Of a stretch of DNA of 64,000 nucleotides, positions 48,092 to 59,400 are shown piece by piece. Made by a program: the position numbers and the translations under genes. The notes beneath the pieces were generated by a model. The model was not told the origin of the DNA. It did no database searches and was given only the letters and a program-made list of their open reading frames with translations. Position 1 is the stretch's first letter, and each line of letters opens with the position of its first letter. The DNA is from Schizosaccharomyces osmophilus (taxonomy: Eukaryota): assembly GCF_027921745.1 (NCBI RefSeq), contig NC_079239.1:1860001-1924000 (forward strand), written 5' to 3'.

Positions 48092-48892
48092 TTAATAAGT
48101 ATGTTCTTTTGCTGGATAATGCCCTTCTTTCACTTCCTGCATGTATAGTCGGACGGCAGCTCGTATGTCGCCGGTCCCGCTCAGGAAGTTTTTAGCAAAT
48201 CGAGGAACTTTTCCACTGGAAATGCCCAGTGCATCGTGCATGACAAGGATTTGACCGTCTGTATGTTTACCAGCTCCAATTCCAATCGTCGGGATCGAAA
48301 CAGATTCTGTAATTTTTTGTCCCAATGTCTCAGGAATGCATTCGAGCACCATCATTTGAGCTCCAGCTTCCTCTAGCTGTTTTGCAGCTTCCAAAATTTT
48401 ACTAGCGGCAGCTTCGTTTCTTCCCTGAACCTTGAAACCTCCATAAATATTCACAGCTTGAGGCGTCATTCCAATGTGTCCGGAAACCGGAACGGATCTT
48501 TGAGTCAACTTTCGAATAGTGTCATAGACCCAGCTGCCACTTCCTTCTACTTTAACAATATTCGCTCCGGATCGCATGAGAGTTGCTGCGTTTTTGCATG
48601 CATCGTCTGCGTTGCTGTAACTCATGAATGGCATGTCAGCCATAACCAGGCTGTTGGGTGCACCACGTCGAACACTTCTAGTGTGGTATGCAACATCAGA
48701 AACGCAAACGGGTATTGTTGAAGTATGCCCTTGAGCAGCCATTCCTAGAGAATCTCCAACTAACATAACCGGCATTCCCTGTTCTTCAAACAGCCTCGAA
48801 AAGCTGGCATCGTAGGCAGTAATACACGAAAATTTTTCTTTAGTAAGCTTCCACTGACGAAGCACAGAAGCAGTAATTGGTTTCGTCAACAT
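48092..48892 (-). CDS. ecm31: 3-methyl-2-oxobutanoate hydroxymethyltransferase (PanB)
   Basis: [48 protein letters not shown]; bacterial length, no presequence. Confidence 0.96.
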   Translation of the reverse strand: MLTKPITASVLRQWKLTKEKFSCITAYDASFSRLFEEQGMPVMLVGDSLGMAAQGHTSTIPVCVSDVAYHTRSVRRGAPNSLVMADMPFMSYSNADDACKNAATLMRSGANIVKVEGSGSWVYDTIRKLTQRSVPVSGHIGMTPQAVNIYGGFKVQGRNEAAASKILEAAKQLEEAGAQMMVLECIPETLGQKITESVSIPTIGIGAGKHTDGQILVMHDALGISSGKVPRFAKNFLSGTGDIRAAVRLYMQEVKEGHYPAKEHTY

Positions 48893-50713
48893 GATTGAAG
48901 GATTTCCAAAAAATTGCGAATTATAAGCTCAAACTTTGAAATTCAACAGTCAACAGTCGTCTCTATTTGTATAGAAAAAGGGAAATAATAAGATTTATTT
49001 AAACAATTCTTTTTTGTCAAGAATAACCAAAATTGGGATAGAAAAGGAATTTTCGGGTATGGTAATGAAGACAGTACAATCCTACAAAAATCGGTATCAT
49101 AAGGGAAGAATACCTATTATTTCCTAATTGAAAAGCTATAGAAAAGGTTGTTTTGTTTTAGGTGTCATAATGAAAGTGTATGAAATGCGTCAGTTTGGCT
49201 GCTGTTCAAGAAGTCCAAAAAATTGAAAAAAAATATTCATGTATCATGAAAATTGCTTAAAGAAAGTACTTGGAGAAACCCAACGGTTTCTGAATTCTTG
49301 CATCGGCTTCACCAACAAGAGAACTCAGTCTAGCTTTATTACGAGTGCATTAGGTGTTTACTTGCACCAAAGTTGCAAGTTGTAAAGAAAATAAAATAAT
49401 ATCGAGGTCATGCAATTCCGGAATTAGAATCTCTATTTCTAGAAGCAAAGATGAGTAAAAGCCGGGTCTTACATCTGTCTTTGTAAACGGACATGTAGAA
49501 TGGTTACCAAATCGGTTGGACAAATCTTTGGCGAAACAAATTTTCGAAAAAAATAAATAAATAAAAAAAAAAAAATTGGAACCGTGGAATGTTATGTAAA
49601 CTCAGACAATTTTAGAATGGGAAGTTAGACATGGAAAAAGAATCATTAACGGAAACAAAGACAGATTTGAGCAAAATTTGTTTTATCGCCTGAGAAAAAA
49701 GGACAGCCCAAAGGAGGCTAAGGAGGGTTAGAAACCTAGGCTGCCTGCTGACGAAGGAACTATAGAAAGGTTCATACATGTCCATTGAGTCATCTCGAGG
49801 AGCTTTCATGCTTCGGTGTCAAGAATTCCTGAGTCAAACGGAACTTGTCTTACTATAAAGAGATTTTATATGACTGGTTGGTTTGGAAACTGGATGCTTA
49901 ACGATCAGTTGTAGCTGTATCCTGTGACATAAACCGATGAAATGGCTTCCAGGATATATTCCTTCAGTATGGAGCTCATTTTGAGTTCTACATTATAAAG
50001 GAGAAGCTCCAATGGGCTTGATGAAGTGAACCGGAAACCGCGAAGGATGAATAGGTAAAGATATTCATACTTACAAAAGTCGAGTTGTATCCGAGTCACA
50101 GAGCTAGGTCGAAACGGCTTTTTTAAGAGCAAAAGTCAATGCTAGTCATAATAAAAGGCAAACAAACGTGATTGGATTAAAAACCAGAAGGATGCTTTAC
50201 TCAAGTACTGTTAGCATGACAGTAGGTTAAGGGAATTGCACCGATAAAATAAATCATGATAGATTTATCGGTAATAGGAAAAGCATTTAGAAATTTATAG
50301 GACATGATTGAATCTGTAATGTTTTGTTTAAGTGTTTTTGCAAGTCTGCCATTTCGCTATAGCTTTAGCTCGCCTTGAAAATCTGATTAAACGAAGGGTG
50401 ATGCATGTATATAAATGTACATTATTCGCAAAAAGGGTTGATAAAAGAAATTCAAACATTTATGCGGACAAGTTGAAAGCTACAAGTAGGTATGGGCTTG
50501 CATTGTTTGGTGCTCTTTTATGAATGCGACCTCTTTTTTGTGCAAAGTATTTTCAGCTAATAAAAGGTTTTATTTAACGTTCTATTAAAGACAATGAAAG
50601 ATTAGCAACTAGACAATATCAACAAACTAGTTGGTAGTATGTTGAAATGAAAAGATAAACAATACGAACGTAAGGGGAATGGAAAGGAATGACAAGATGC
50701 CTGGTAGAAGAAG

Positions 50714-51802
50714 CTACATGGTTTGATATTGGTGAAAGGCGAGCATTTCACCGTATGCACGGTACCATTCTGCAAGATACACAGAAGCAAATTCAGTACT
50801 ATCAGACTGCCAAAACTTACCGTGTGCAGTTTTCAAGTGGGGATGTTCGGGAAGAGAACACCAGACACCATTATAATAAGGATCAACGCGGGTCCATGGA
50901 AACCATCCATGTTCCCCGTAAGCAACGTTGAGCAAACTTTGCTCCATCATATGAGCATTCTCGTATTTATAGGGATAAGCGCCAATTTTCAAAAGGCGCT
51001 GAAAGTGGGCAAGGCTGGGACGGATGAGCATCATCCCAGCGTTGAAGGATCCAAGTGGTTCGGGTGGAATCATATGGTGCTCTCCTCTGTCGGTAGCGGC
51101 AGCCAAAAGGTAAGGATAGAAATCATCGATGTTGGTATCGTAATCCGCAAAATCTTCCGAAAAAAAGTGCGACGATCCATCTTTTGGATCCTTGTATTCG
51201 CGCTGTTCGGATGGAATGGGAGTGGGTGGTTTGCCTTGGTAAGGAACATCGAATATATCGTCGATGTTTTTTAGAGGCAGGATATCGCTATCAATGACAC
51301 AGAGTTTATCAAACTGGGTTAACTCGAAAATACGAAGCTTTGTAAACATGTGTCGAATGCGGTCGGAAATGTCATTGTCCATGGAATCAAGGTCGACAAC
51401 AATGTCGGATGGAGAGATTGGATCGACGAGAAGGACGGAAGCACCATCGGCCTCTAGACGACGAATTTTCCATTCGTCAACTCCACGGAGAACCATGATG
51501 TGTATAGGATACTTGCTTTTCGTAACGGGGTGGTGCTTTAAGCGATGAACAAGAACCCTAGTGGCATTGAAATAGGGGTCATTTTCAGAGGACGGAGGGG
51601 TGAGTAATGCTAAAAACGTGTATTTGTTTGGGTCGCCGTGATGCTCTTTGGATGCATGTACAGTGGACGCTTGCAAGGCGCTTGGTGAGAGAAGACGAGA
51701 ATGGAAGTGGAAGGTAAACGTAAAGATCCCAAAAAGGAGCATTGCTGCGAAAAGGATGGACCAATGGCGACGCGGAAAACGAACATTTTGAAAAAGAGCC
51801 AT
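50714..51802 (-). CDS. otg1: GT8-family glycosyltransferase (alpha-1,3-galactosyltransferase type), type II membrane protein
   Basis: N-terminal TM; FTKLRIFELTQFDKLCVIDSD (DxD), FNAGMM, EQSLLN. Symbol based on recalled synteny. Confidence 0.8.
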   Translation of the reverse strand: MALFQNVRFPRRHWSILFAAMLLFGIFTFTFHFHSRLLSPSALQASTVHASKEHHGDPNKYTFLALLTPPSSENDPYFNATRVLVHRLKHHPVTKSKYPIHIMVLRGVDEWKIRRLEADGASVLLVDPISPSDIVVDLDSMDNDISDRIRHMFTKLRIFELTQFDKLCVIDSDILPLKNIDDIFDVPYQGKPPTPIPSEQREYKDPKDGSSHFFSEDFADYDTNIDDFYPYLLAAATDRGEHHMIPPEPLGSFNAGMMLIRPSLAHFQRLLKIGAYPYKYENAHMMEQSLLNVAYGEHGWFPWTRVDPYYNGVWCSLPEHPHLKTAHGKFWQSDSTEFASVYLAEWYRAYGEMLAFHQYQTM

Positions 51803-53073
51803 ATTGAAGCGAGAAAAGCAATGAAACTGAAACTGAAACTACAATTAGGAAAAAAAGGACGATTCAGTAAAAATTTCAAAACAAGAAAAAAATGAAAAAA
51901 GAAAGACAAAAAGAAAACAAACAAATGAAAGAGTAGAATTCTATAGGGAATGAGAAAAAACCTTGAAACCAAAGAAACCAAAGAAACCAATCATAAGATA
52001 ATTTGACTTTAATAGCACATTCTTTTACTCCAGAAAAAGGAAAAGGAAAAGGGAAAAAAAAAGTGTTGTTTGGGGAGTCGCGGAATGCTTCACTTAAGCG
52101 ATCCACGTGCGTGAACTACAAAGAGTAGGAATGCATCCCTTTATATGAATGATATTGTAGTAAATTTCGCTTTAGGATGATGCAAAGGACAAAAACAAAA
52201 CGCGACAAAAAGAGTCAACCTCGGAACCGCGGTAGGCAAAAATAAAAATAAAAACAAAAAAAAAAAAATTAAAATAAAAATTAAAATAAAAGATGTGTCT
52301 AGAAGGAAACCGATCCAAGACTGCACTGCACGGACAACGTGTGTAGGAAAGATGCCGAAGTGACAAAGGACTCTAGCGGGCGAATATTGTTAATGGACAT
52401 CATAGTTTCACAGTTTCATGAGGTTAGATTTGATTTCAACTACTGCCTATGCAAGGAACAAGCTTCCAATTATTAAGAATGGCGGCTGTTCCATGGAACA
52501 AAATAGACTACCAGGATGGAAAGAGTTTTCATCATTCATTTTCAATTTCATTCCAACTTCACTCCTACTAACATTCGTACAAACCAATTCAGTTAGACGA
52601 CTCCGACATCTTCGTCGTCCCGTTAACTAGTGAATGTTTGAAAACAAGTCTCTCCAAACGTCTTTGGATGGCCCTTTATATCGTCTCGTTGAAACGGAAT
52701 GAAGAAAGAAAGAAGTTCTCTACTTGGTGTCATAATCCTTACTGACACCATAACAAGGAATAAGGATGTTCGGCATAACCCTCCGCTAAGTCATCTGATT
52801 CCATGAATCCAATTGCACGCGATGCATGGCGAGACTTAAGAGAAAGGTTCCTTCATTATTATAAAAGTCGTTTCTGGTTGGGGTAGAGGAACTTCTCCTC
52901 TTCTTTTAGTTTGTGTAATATAAAAAGGCAGTTCCCGAAAAGCGGGGAAATCACGGTTTGGTCTATTTGTTCCACCATTGAAAAGCTTTTCATTGGTCCA
53001 TTTCCTATCGGTTACTTTGTGTTTGGTATCAAATAGATAATCATATGGCATCAAGACGGAAAGACATGAACCT

Positions 53074-53080
53074 TATAAAA
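53074..53080 (+). promoter_or_regulatory. TATA box of the secreted-protein gene
   Basis: TATAAAA about 110 nt upstream of ATG 53191. Confidence 0.45.
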
Positions 53081-53190
53081 AGAGAGGTTTTGGGCAAACT
53101 ATGCCAATCTATCCAAAGTAAGGTTCGGCCATATCAGTCCTTCCCCTCTCTTTTCCTCCTCTCGTAGACCTCGGTTTGTTTGTTGACAAA

Positions 53191-54060
53191 ATGATTGCAT
53201 CCACTTGGCTTGTTTCTTTGGCCACTGCTTTCTTAGGTGCCTCTTGCGTCGCTCAGGCTCAAACCTTAACTTATACCAATCCCAATACCAATGTCAGTAG
53301 AGAATCGCCAAAGGTTATGAATATGACCTTTGGCGAATGTACACCTTATGGACTGCCCGTCAACAATGTCATCTATGACATTCAATACGCAGTCGAGGGT
53401 GTCTTTTCTCGTGATTGGGACTATGTGCAAAAGGCGATTCAAGAAGGCAAATACCTCGATGCCGTCGCTGCTGCGAATATGGTCAACCCAGATGGAGGGG
53501 TTGCCAATTTAAACTACGATGCAATTACCACTATGATCAGTCGGGAAACCGATGAACAACAAATCGAGTCTTTACAATGCTTGAAAAACTTGGTTGGCGG
53601 AAAACAAAACAATGTCGAGACTTTGATGGCCCAACCGAATCCTACCCACCATCAGCGCTTTCAGGATACATTGGATGCCTCCATCGACCGACTCAGCTCA
53701 TCTCGCAAGGCCAAGCGTAATTACCCTTGGGGAAACATATATAACGTCGGTGGTTGTAAATCTAGCAACACCGCCATCCGCAGAGATTGTGGTCAAGCCG
53801 TCGCTGGTACTACTGACGCCAACATTTGGCTCCCAAGCCGTCAATCTACTGTTAGCGTTTATGGTACTTGCTTCCTTACTGCTGAAAGTGGAACTGGTTA
53901 CTCTCTCAACGTTCCTGGATGGGGCGTCAGGAATGACGGATGGATGATCTTTTGGAACTGTTTTGACACAAACAACGATGGCTCCTCGGGCTCTGGTATG
54001 GTACAAGATGATAGCTATGAACTCGTCGTTTGTCTCGGTAGCCGTCCTAGCGGTTGTTAA
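53191..54060 (+). CDS. Secreted prepro-protein with Kex2/Krp1 site and 6-Cys C-terminal domain (unknown function)
   Basis: Signal peptide MIASTWLVSLATAFLGASCVAQA; NVS and NMT sequons; RKAKR at 53704-53718; 113-aa mature domain with six Cys ending VCLGSRPSGC. Confidence 0.85.
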   Translation: MIASTWLVSLATAFLGASCVAQAQTLTYTNPNTNVSRESPKVMNMTFGECTPYGLPVNNVIYDIQYAVEGVFSRDWDYVQKAIQEGKYLDAVAAANMVNPDGGVANLNYDAITTMISRETDEQQIESLQCLKNLVGGKQNNVETLMAQPNPTHHQRFQDTLDASIDRLSSSRKAKRNYPWGNIYNVGGCKSSNTAIRRDCGQAVAGTTDANIWLPSRQSTVSVYGTCFLTAESGTGYSLNVPGWGVRNDGWMIFWNCFDTNNDGSSGSGMVQDDSYELVVCLGSRPSGC

Positions 54061-54837
54061 AGAAAATCGATCTGCATTCCTTTCGCTCGTGTCATACTCT
54101 CTATTTTTCTATACTCTTTCTTTCTTTTTTGGTATCTTTATTTATCAATTTCTCTCGTCCTCCTTTTCCAAAGCTGTCAACAGGCTTTTTGTTCACGCTG
54201 TCTGCTGTCTGCTGCCTGCTGTCTGCATAATAAATCAAACAGTGGGATAAAAGAGCGAATGGCACTCGGGAAAAAAAAAATAAATGTTAATCTATTGTTT
54301 TCTAATCGCAGCAGTTAGATTTTCTCGTAATATCCCATCTAGAATCTCTTTTTTGGTCTCTCTAGATACTTCCCCTAGGTAATTTCCCATAGAAACTACC
54401 TTAACCTACAAAAGAGCAAAAAAGTATTATTTACACAATATTCTTAACAGCGTTGTAGCATTCATGCATAGAAATGGATTAAAACATTGTGAGTTTTTAT
54501 TTGTTTATTTTTTATTTTTTATTATTGTCCTTGTAAACAAACCATGTCTTATGCCATTTCTATTGGTTTTATCGGTTCCCTTCTAGATTCGCTTCTCCGC
54601 ACCTTGTTTCATCACCAAATACGTCTCCGTGTATATATTATATAGACATGGGTGCCTACTGACTACCTACGTTTAATGCTCTCTCAACCTGAAAAAACAA
54701 AACAAACAAAACGCGTATAAATCTAAAGGATTCAATCGCTTTCTCCTTGTTGCATGAAAAAGTAGTTTCTGCTTCTCGGTTTTTTTGGTCCTCTTTTGTC
54801 ATTCTTCGTTTCTTTCTCGATTCGCATCATTTCCATC

Positions 54838-56223
54838 ATGCTACTTTCGTGTGGTTTGAGTGCCCTGCTGTTTGCAGGAGCGTGCGTTGCTTCTACGCCA
54901 AGTCTGAATCCGAATGCTCCCGTTAATGGTAAGTGGGAACAGCGTTCCAAACCTGATCAAAATATTGTAAAGACAGAGGAGAAAATGTTCTTTATCCCTT
55001 TCGACGAGAAAAGTCAAGGTTTCTTATCTTGTGATTTAATTAATCCTTTCTCCGACAATGAGCATGAACCAGCTTATGCAGATATCGTCCAAAAGCCAAA
55101 CGCCAACGGAACGGTTCATTACAGTTTCATTGAACAACCAGACTTGTTTCAAGCTTTTAAGCATGCTATTGATGGAGACAAGGATTACAAATTCCTCAAA
55201 GGAATGGTAAAGAAGGGTTTTTTGGATTATGGTTTCATTAATAATTATAACTTTACTACCGAAGTAGGCCCAAATTATTTCAAAAGAAACATCACAAAGC
55301 CCTGCATGGCTTGTTTTTTTGGCTACCAAGAAATCGAGCCTACTGACGATGAACCTGAACCCATAATTGGTTTTGATTACCGTAGCAATGATGAGGAACC
55401 TCGCAAATCAGAGCATCGTATTTTTGTTGGTCTGTCGGTCCTTGCCAGTGTCACTGGATTGTATTGGCTTCTTCGCTGTCTTTGGCGACCCAAAAGTTTT
55501 ACGTTTACTCAATTTCTTCTATTTTTTTGGTATTCTGCATTTCTAGCCAATCATCCTGTGAAGCAAGCACTGTTTATGACTCATAGCATTGTCGTCCACC
55601 CTTTTGGTTTTTTCCTTCCAACGTTCTCTTATCTGCTAGGTGATGGAATTGAGCGCCCTTTGTTTAATTCGTTTGTCTTGGCATTGACATTAGGGATCGG
55701 CTATCTCCAACGTAGCTCGAAAAAACTGGTTTTCTTGGTCCTTTTCCTAAACTGGATACAGTCATTATTTATCTTTTTCGCTCCTTTCATATTCCTTTTT
55801 CTTGACTTGAGTAACTCTACTTACGCACTAATATTACAATTGGTTTGGAAACTGTTCCAATATGGCTATCTTCCTTTCTTTTTTTGCATCAGAATGATTG
55901 TGGTTTACAGAATGCGCCTAAAACCTGCTCACGCTTTCGAAGATGAACTTACACAGACCAAAAAAGGTAAAATACTCGTTTTCCTCATTTTCCCTACTGT
56001 AACTGTGAGCGGTTATATTTATTCGCAATATGCACCAGCCTTTGATACTGGACTTGAAGTCGCAAAAAGTATCGTTGGTGTTCTTTGCTTCCAAATTCTT
56101 GCCTTCTGCTTGAATGGTTATATCAAACCGGTAAATGATCATAAGCTAGAACATTTGCAAACTCCTTTGTCAATATACAAAGATGAACCTGAAATGAACT
56201 TGCTTGGTGATGAAAAGAACTGA
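54838..56223 (+). CDS. Multi-TM membrane protein resembling the Schizosaccharomyces subtelomeric ftm (5Tm) family
   Basis: Signal peptide, ~190-aa lumenal domain, then 6-7 TM helices with NHPVKQxLF, YxLGDGIERPL and LGxGxxxxSKKL motifs recalled from ftm proteins. Confidence 0.75.
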   Translation: MLLSCGLSALLFAGACVASTPSLNPNAPVNGKWEQRSKPDQNIVKTEEKMFFIPFDEKSQGFLSCDLINPFSDNEHEPAYADIVQKPNANGTVHYSFIEQPDLFQAFKHAIDGDKDYKFLKGMVKKGFLDYGFINNYNFTTEVGPNYFKRNITKPCMACFFGYQEIEPTDDEPEPIIGFDYRSNDEEPRKSEHRIFVGLSVLASVTGLYWLLRCLWRPKSFTFTQFLLFFWYSAFLANHPVKQALFMTHSIVVHPFGFFLPTFSYLLGDGIERPLFNSFVLALTLGIGYLQRSSKKLVFLVLFLNWIQSLFIFFAPFIFLFLDLSNSTYALILQLVWKLFQYGYLPFFFCIRMIVVYRMRLKPAHAFEDELTQTKKGKILVFLIFPTVTVSGYIYSQYAPAFDTGLEVAKSIVGVLCFQILAFCLNGYIKPVNDHKLEHLQTPLSIYKDEPEMNLLGDEKN

Positions 56224-56463
56224 AAAGTTTCCAATTGTTCCTAAAAAAATTTACTATCTTAGTATTTAAACGCAATATTGCATTGCTTCCCCCATACTCA
56301 ATTTGCAAAAACATTAACATATCATAATTAAAAGACATAGTTAAAAAAAATAATGTACTGTTTATGTTCTACCAAGTTCTATCTTGTATAGGACCTCTAA
56401 TCTCAAATTCCCAAAATTTTTATATTGAATAAATAATATACAACCCTTGAAGTCTTTGCTTGC

Positions 56464-59400
56464 TTAAGCAAACAGAGTCTGTATGTCTTCCAAAGATTGA
56501 ATTTGTTGTTCTTCCTTGGACATTCCAAGCGTTCCCGCAAGAAACTTTTTACGTTCTTGAACTTTTAGCATTCTTTCCTCTACACTGTCTCGCACTATAA
56601 AACGAGTTACGACAACCTGTTTTTCTTGTCCTAAACGATAAACACGATCAATGGCCTGAGATTCCACTGACCAGCTCCACCAAGGATCCATCATCAGTAC
56701 ATGGTTTGCGCAAGTCAGGTTCAAACCAAGTCCACCAGCTTTGAGTGATATGTTAAGGACGTTGATTGTTGGATCATTCCGAAACTGCTCTAATGACATA
56801 GACCTTTGTTCCTGAGACATTCTGCCGTCGAAGCGAGAATGTTTAATTCGTAGCGTATTGAGTATTTCTCCTATGTAATCCAAAAAGCCAGTAAACTGCG
56901 AAAAGATGACAATTTTATCGGAGGAAGGATTGCTTAGAATTTTCTGAATGTACTCCAAAAGTACCAGTACCTTGATAGACTGGTATCGGTTCCAATGATT
57001 CCATTGTAAACTTTTATCTTTCAGAGTAAAGCCCGTCGATCTAATTTCTCTAGGCTCGTACACGTCGTCCGCTTCAAAGGGCTGACGACAAGTATGACAA
57101 AGTGGAGGAGAAATATCCCTTTTATTTTGGTAACCTATGTGATCTTTCAAGCATCCCCGACAGCAGACATGTTTGCATTTTAAGACAACAGGATCTTGTA
57201 TAGGTTCCGAACAACAAATCGGACATTCTGGAGCAAGAGTATTTAGAGCATCCATGTCGGGTATTTCTCTAATATAGTCCGGAATCAATGTTTTCTTCGA
57301 TGCAAACATCCAAATTAAGTCGTGCAACTCATTTGAGTTTATCTCTTGTTCTACTTCGTTGTCCTTTTTTTCCACTGCTTTGGACAGCAATAAAGGATGG
57401 CAACAAGCTTGTCGAAGTCGCAAAAGTAAGCCTAAAATCGCTGTATAATTCTTAAACAATGTTCCTGTTGCAATACTTTCATGAACCCTACTTTTTGCTT
57501 TCACATATAAGGAATCGTATATCCGTCGTTCTGCTTCCGAAAACTCCAGATATATAGTCTCAATTTTGCGATCAGGTAAACAAACTATAGGACTTCCACT
57601 GATATCTTTCGTTTCCTTTGTTCTTCGTAAAACAAGAGGCTCGAGAATAGATTGCACTACATTCAAAGCCTTTAGAATGTCCTTTGCCTCATATGGTACA
57701 CTAACGAATGTACGCCAGTAATTGTAGTTGCACCATGGTTCTATTTGTAAAAATTTTATCATACTGTACAAATCGTCCAATTTATTTACAATTGGCGTTC
57801 CCGTAATTACCCATCGATTCTGAGCTGATATCGCATAACACGCCTTGGCGGTTTTACTGCTGGGATTTTTTATGGAATGACCTTCGTCCAAAATGACCCG
57901 GTGCCAGTGAACAGAAAACAACCCAGAAGCATCGGGAGTGTTAGAAGACTCTGAAAGCAAAACACCGTAGCTAGTAATAACCAAATCAGGAGCACTGTTG
58001 GTAGCAAGAGATTGCAAATTTGTGGATGTATCAGAACCGTAATACACCAATGTTTTAAAGGAATTAATATTAGAAACTTTCACTGCCTCGGATTGCCATT
58101 GATCCAATAAAGACATGGGTGCCACTACTAAAGTTGTCTTTGCAGCTTTTGGAAGACGATTAGAGAAGGGGGATTTCTCTATAGATTTCTCAACAACATC
58201 GGAACTCCTTCTAGCGTGAATTAACGAAAGCATTTCGATAGTTTTTCCCAATCCCATTTCGTCTGCTAAAATTCCACCACGGTGATAAGGGGTCATCGAA
58301 GGAAAAACTAATGTAATATCACCGGTATACAAATTTACGAAAAATCGATGAGGTTCGTCATCCTTAGAAAAGTGATAATCTTCGGGAGACAGCTCGGGAT
58401 CCATAGGAAACAAAAACTGACTCCATAGTGGGTGCAGGTTTGAGGATGTTTCTACTTTGGCATCACCCTTTTCTCTTTGACACATCCAATAAAGTGCCTG
58501 CTTTTGATACTCCCGTAAATCTAAACGGAATCCTTCGGGAATTGCATGTGAGGGGAGATTTGCTTCGTTCAAGCGAGTCCGGTCATATAATGTACTTAAC
58601 TGTTCATTTACAGCATCATCATCCTCAGTAACATCTGAACTGGAGGTTTCAGAAACCGTTGGGTTTGCTGAAGAAGACGAGGATAGTAGAAGATCGTTGA
58701 TTTGTACGTTTGATCCCGCAACAGAGTTCTCAGTATAAGGCTCTAATGCAATCCAGCTAAATAAACGAAGTAAATGGTCTCTTTTGTTTTGGGTATCTAT
58801 AAAAGCGGCTGGGTCGTCTTCGATAAAAGCAGTTTTCGCCGAAAAAGGAGATTGATTTAAAGATGGATGTGAAATATCAAGAAAACAATAGATTTGAAGC
58901 GTAACATTGCTTCCTAAATGAAGGAAATCATCAGCATATATACAACTCGCTTCAAAAGACCAAAGTTTTTGAGACATCAAAGTACATAGCACATGAGCAT
59001 TTTCGGAAGGCAGCTTCCCAATTTCTTTGTGATCACTATTCAAAAACCGAATGGAGTTGGTGTATGCTAAACCAGATGAATTGTTCGTCTTTGAACGCTT
59101 TCTAGAATTCCGATATTGAGTTTTTGTAGGGGCTTTTTGACGTTCAAGATACGCACGTTCACCAGCTTGTAAAATATGAGAACCGGAAACAATTGAGTAC
59201 GCTTCGACACCAAAGCAACCAACGTATTTGCGGACTTGATTAGATTTGGTTAAAAATGAAAAGGAAGTAAGGGATGCATTCCTAGGAGAGGATCGTGCAA
59301 TATTATGATTTTTAGCCTGCGAATTTACAGGTGAAGAGTCATCCGCCTCCGATGTCGGAATCTCTTTGTCTTTTTGCCTTGTAGTGGACTCAATCCGTTG

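Noticed and set aside
50240..50272. 9-bp inverted repeat ACCGATAAA..TTTATCGGT
   Set aside because: Too short and isolated to call a terminator or transposon end; no target-site duplication or partner copy seen.
51585..52366. Phe-rich ORFs upstream of otg1
   Set aside because: Artefacts of A-rich low-complexity promoter sequence.
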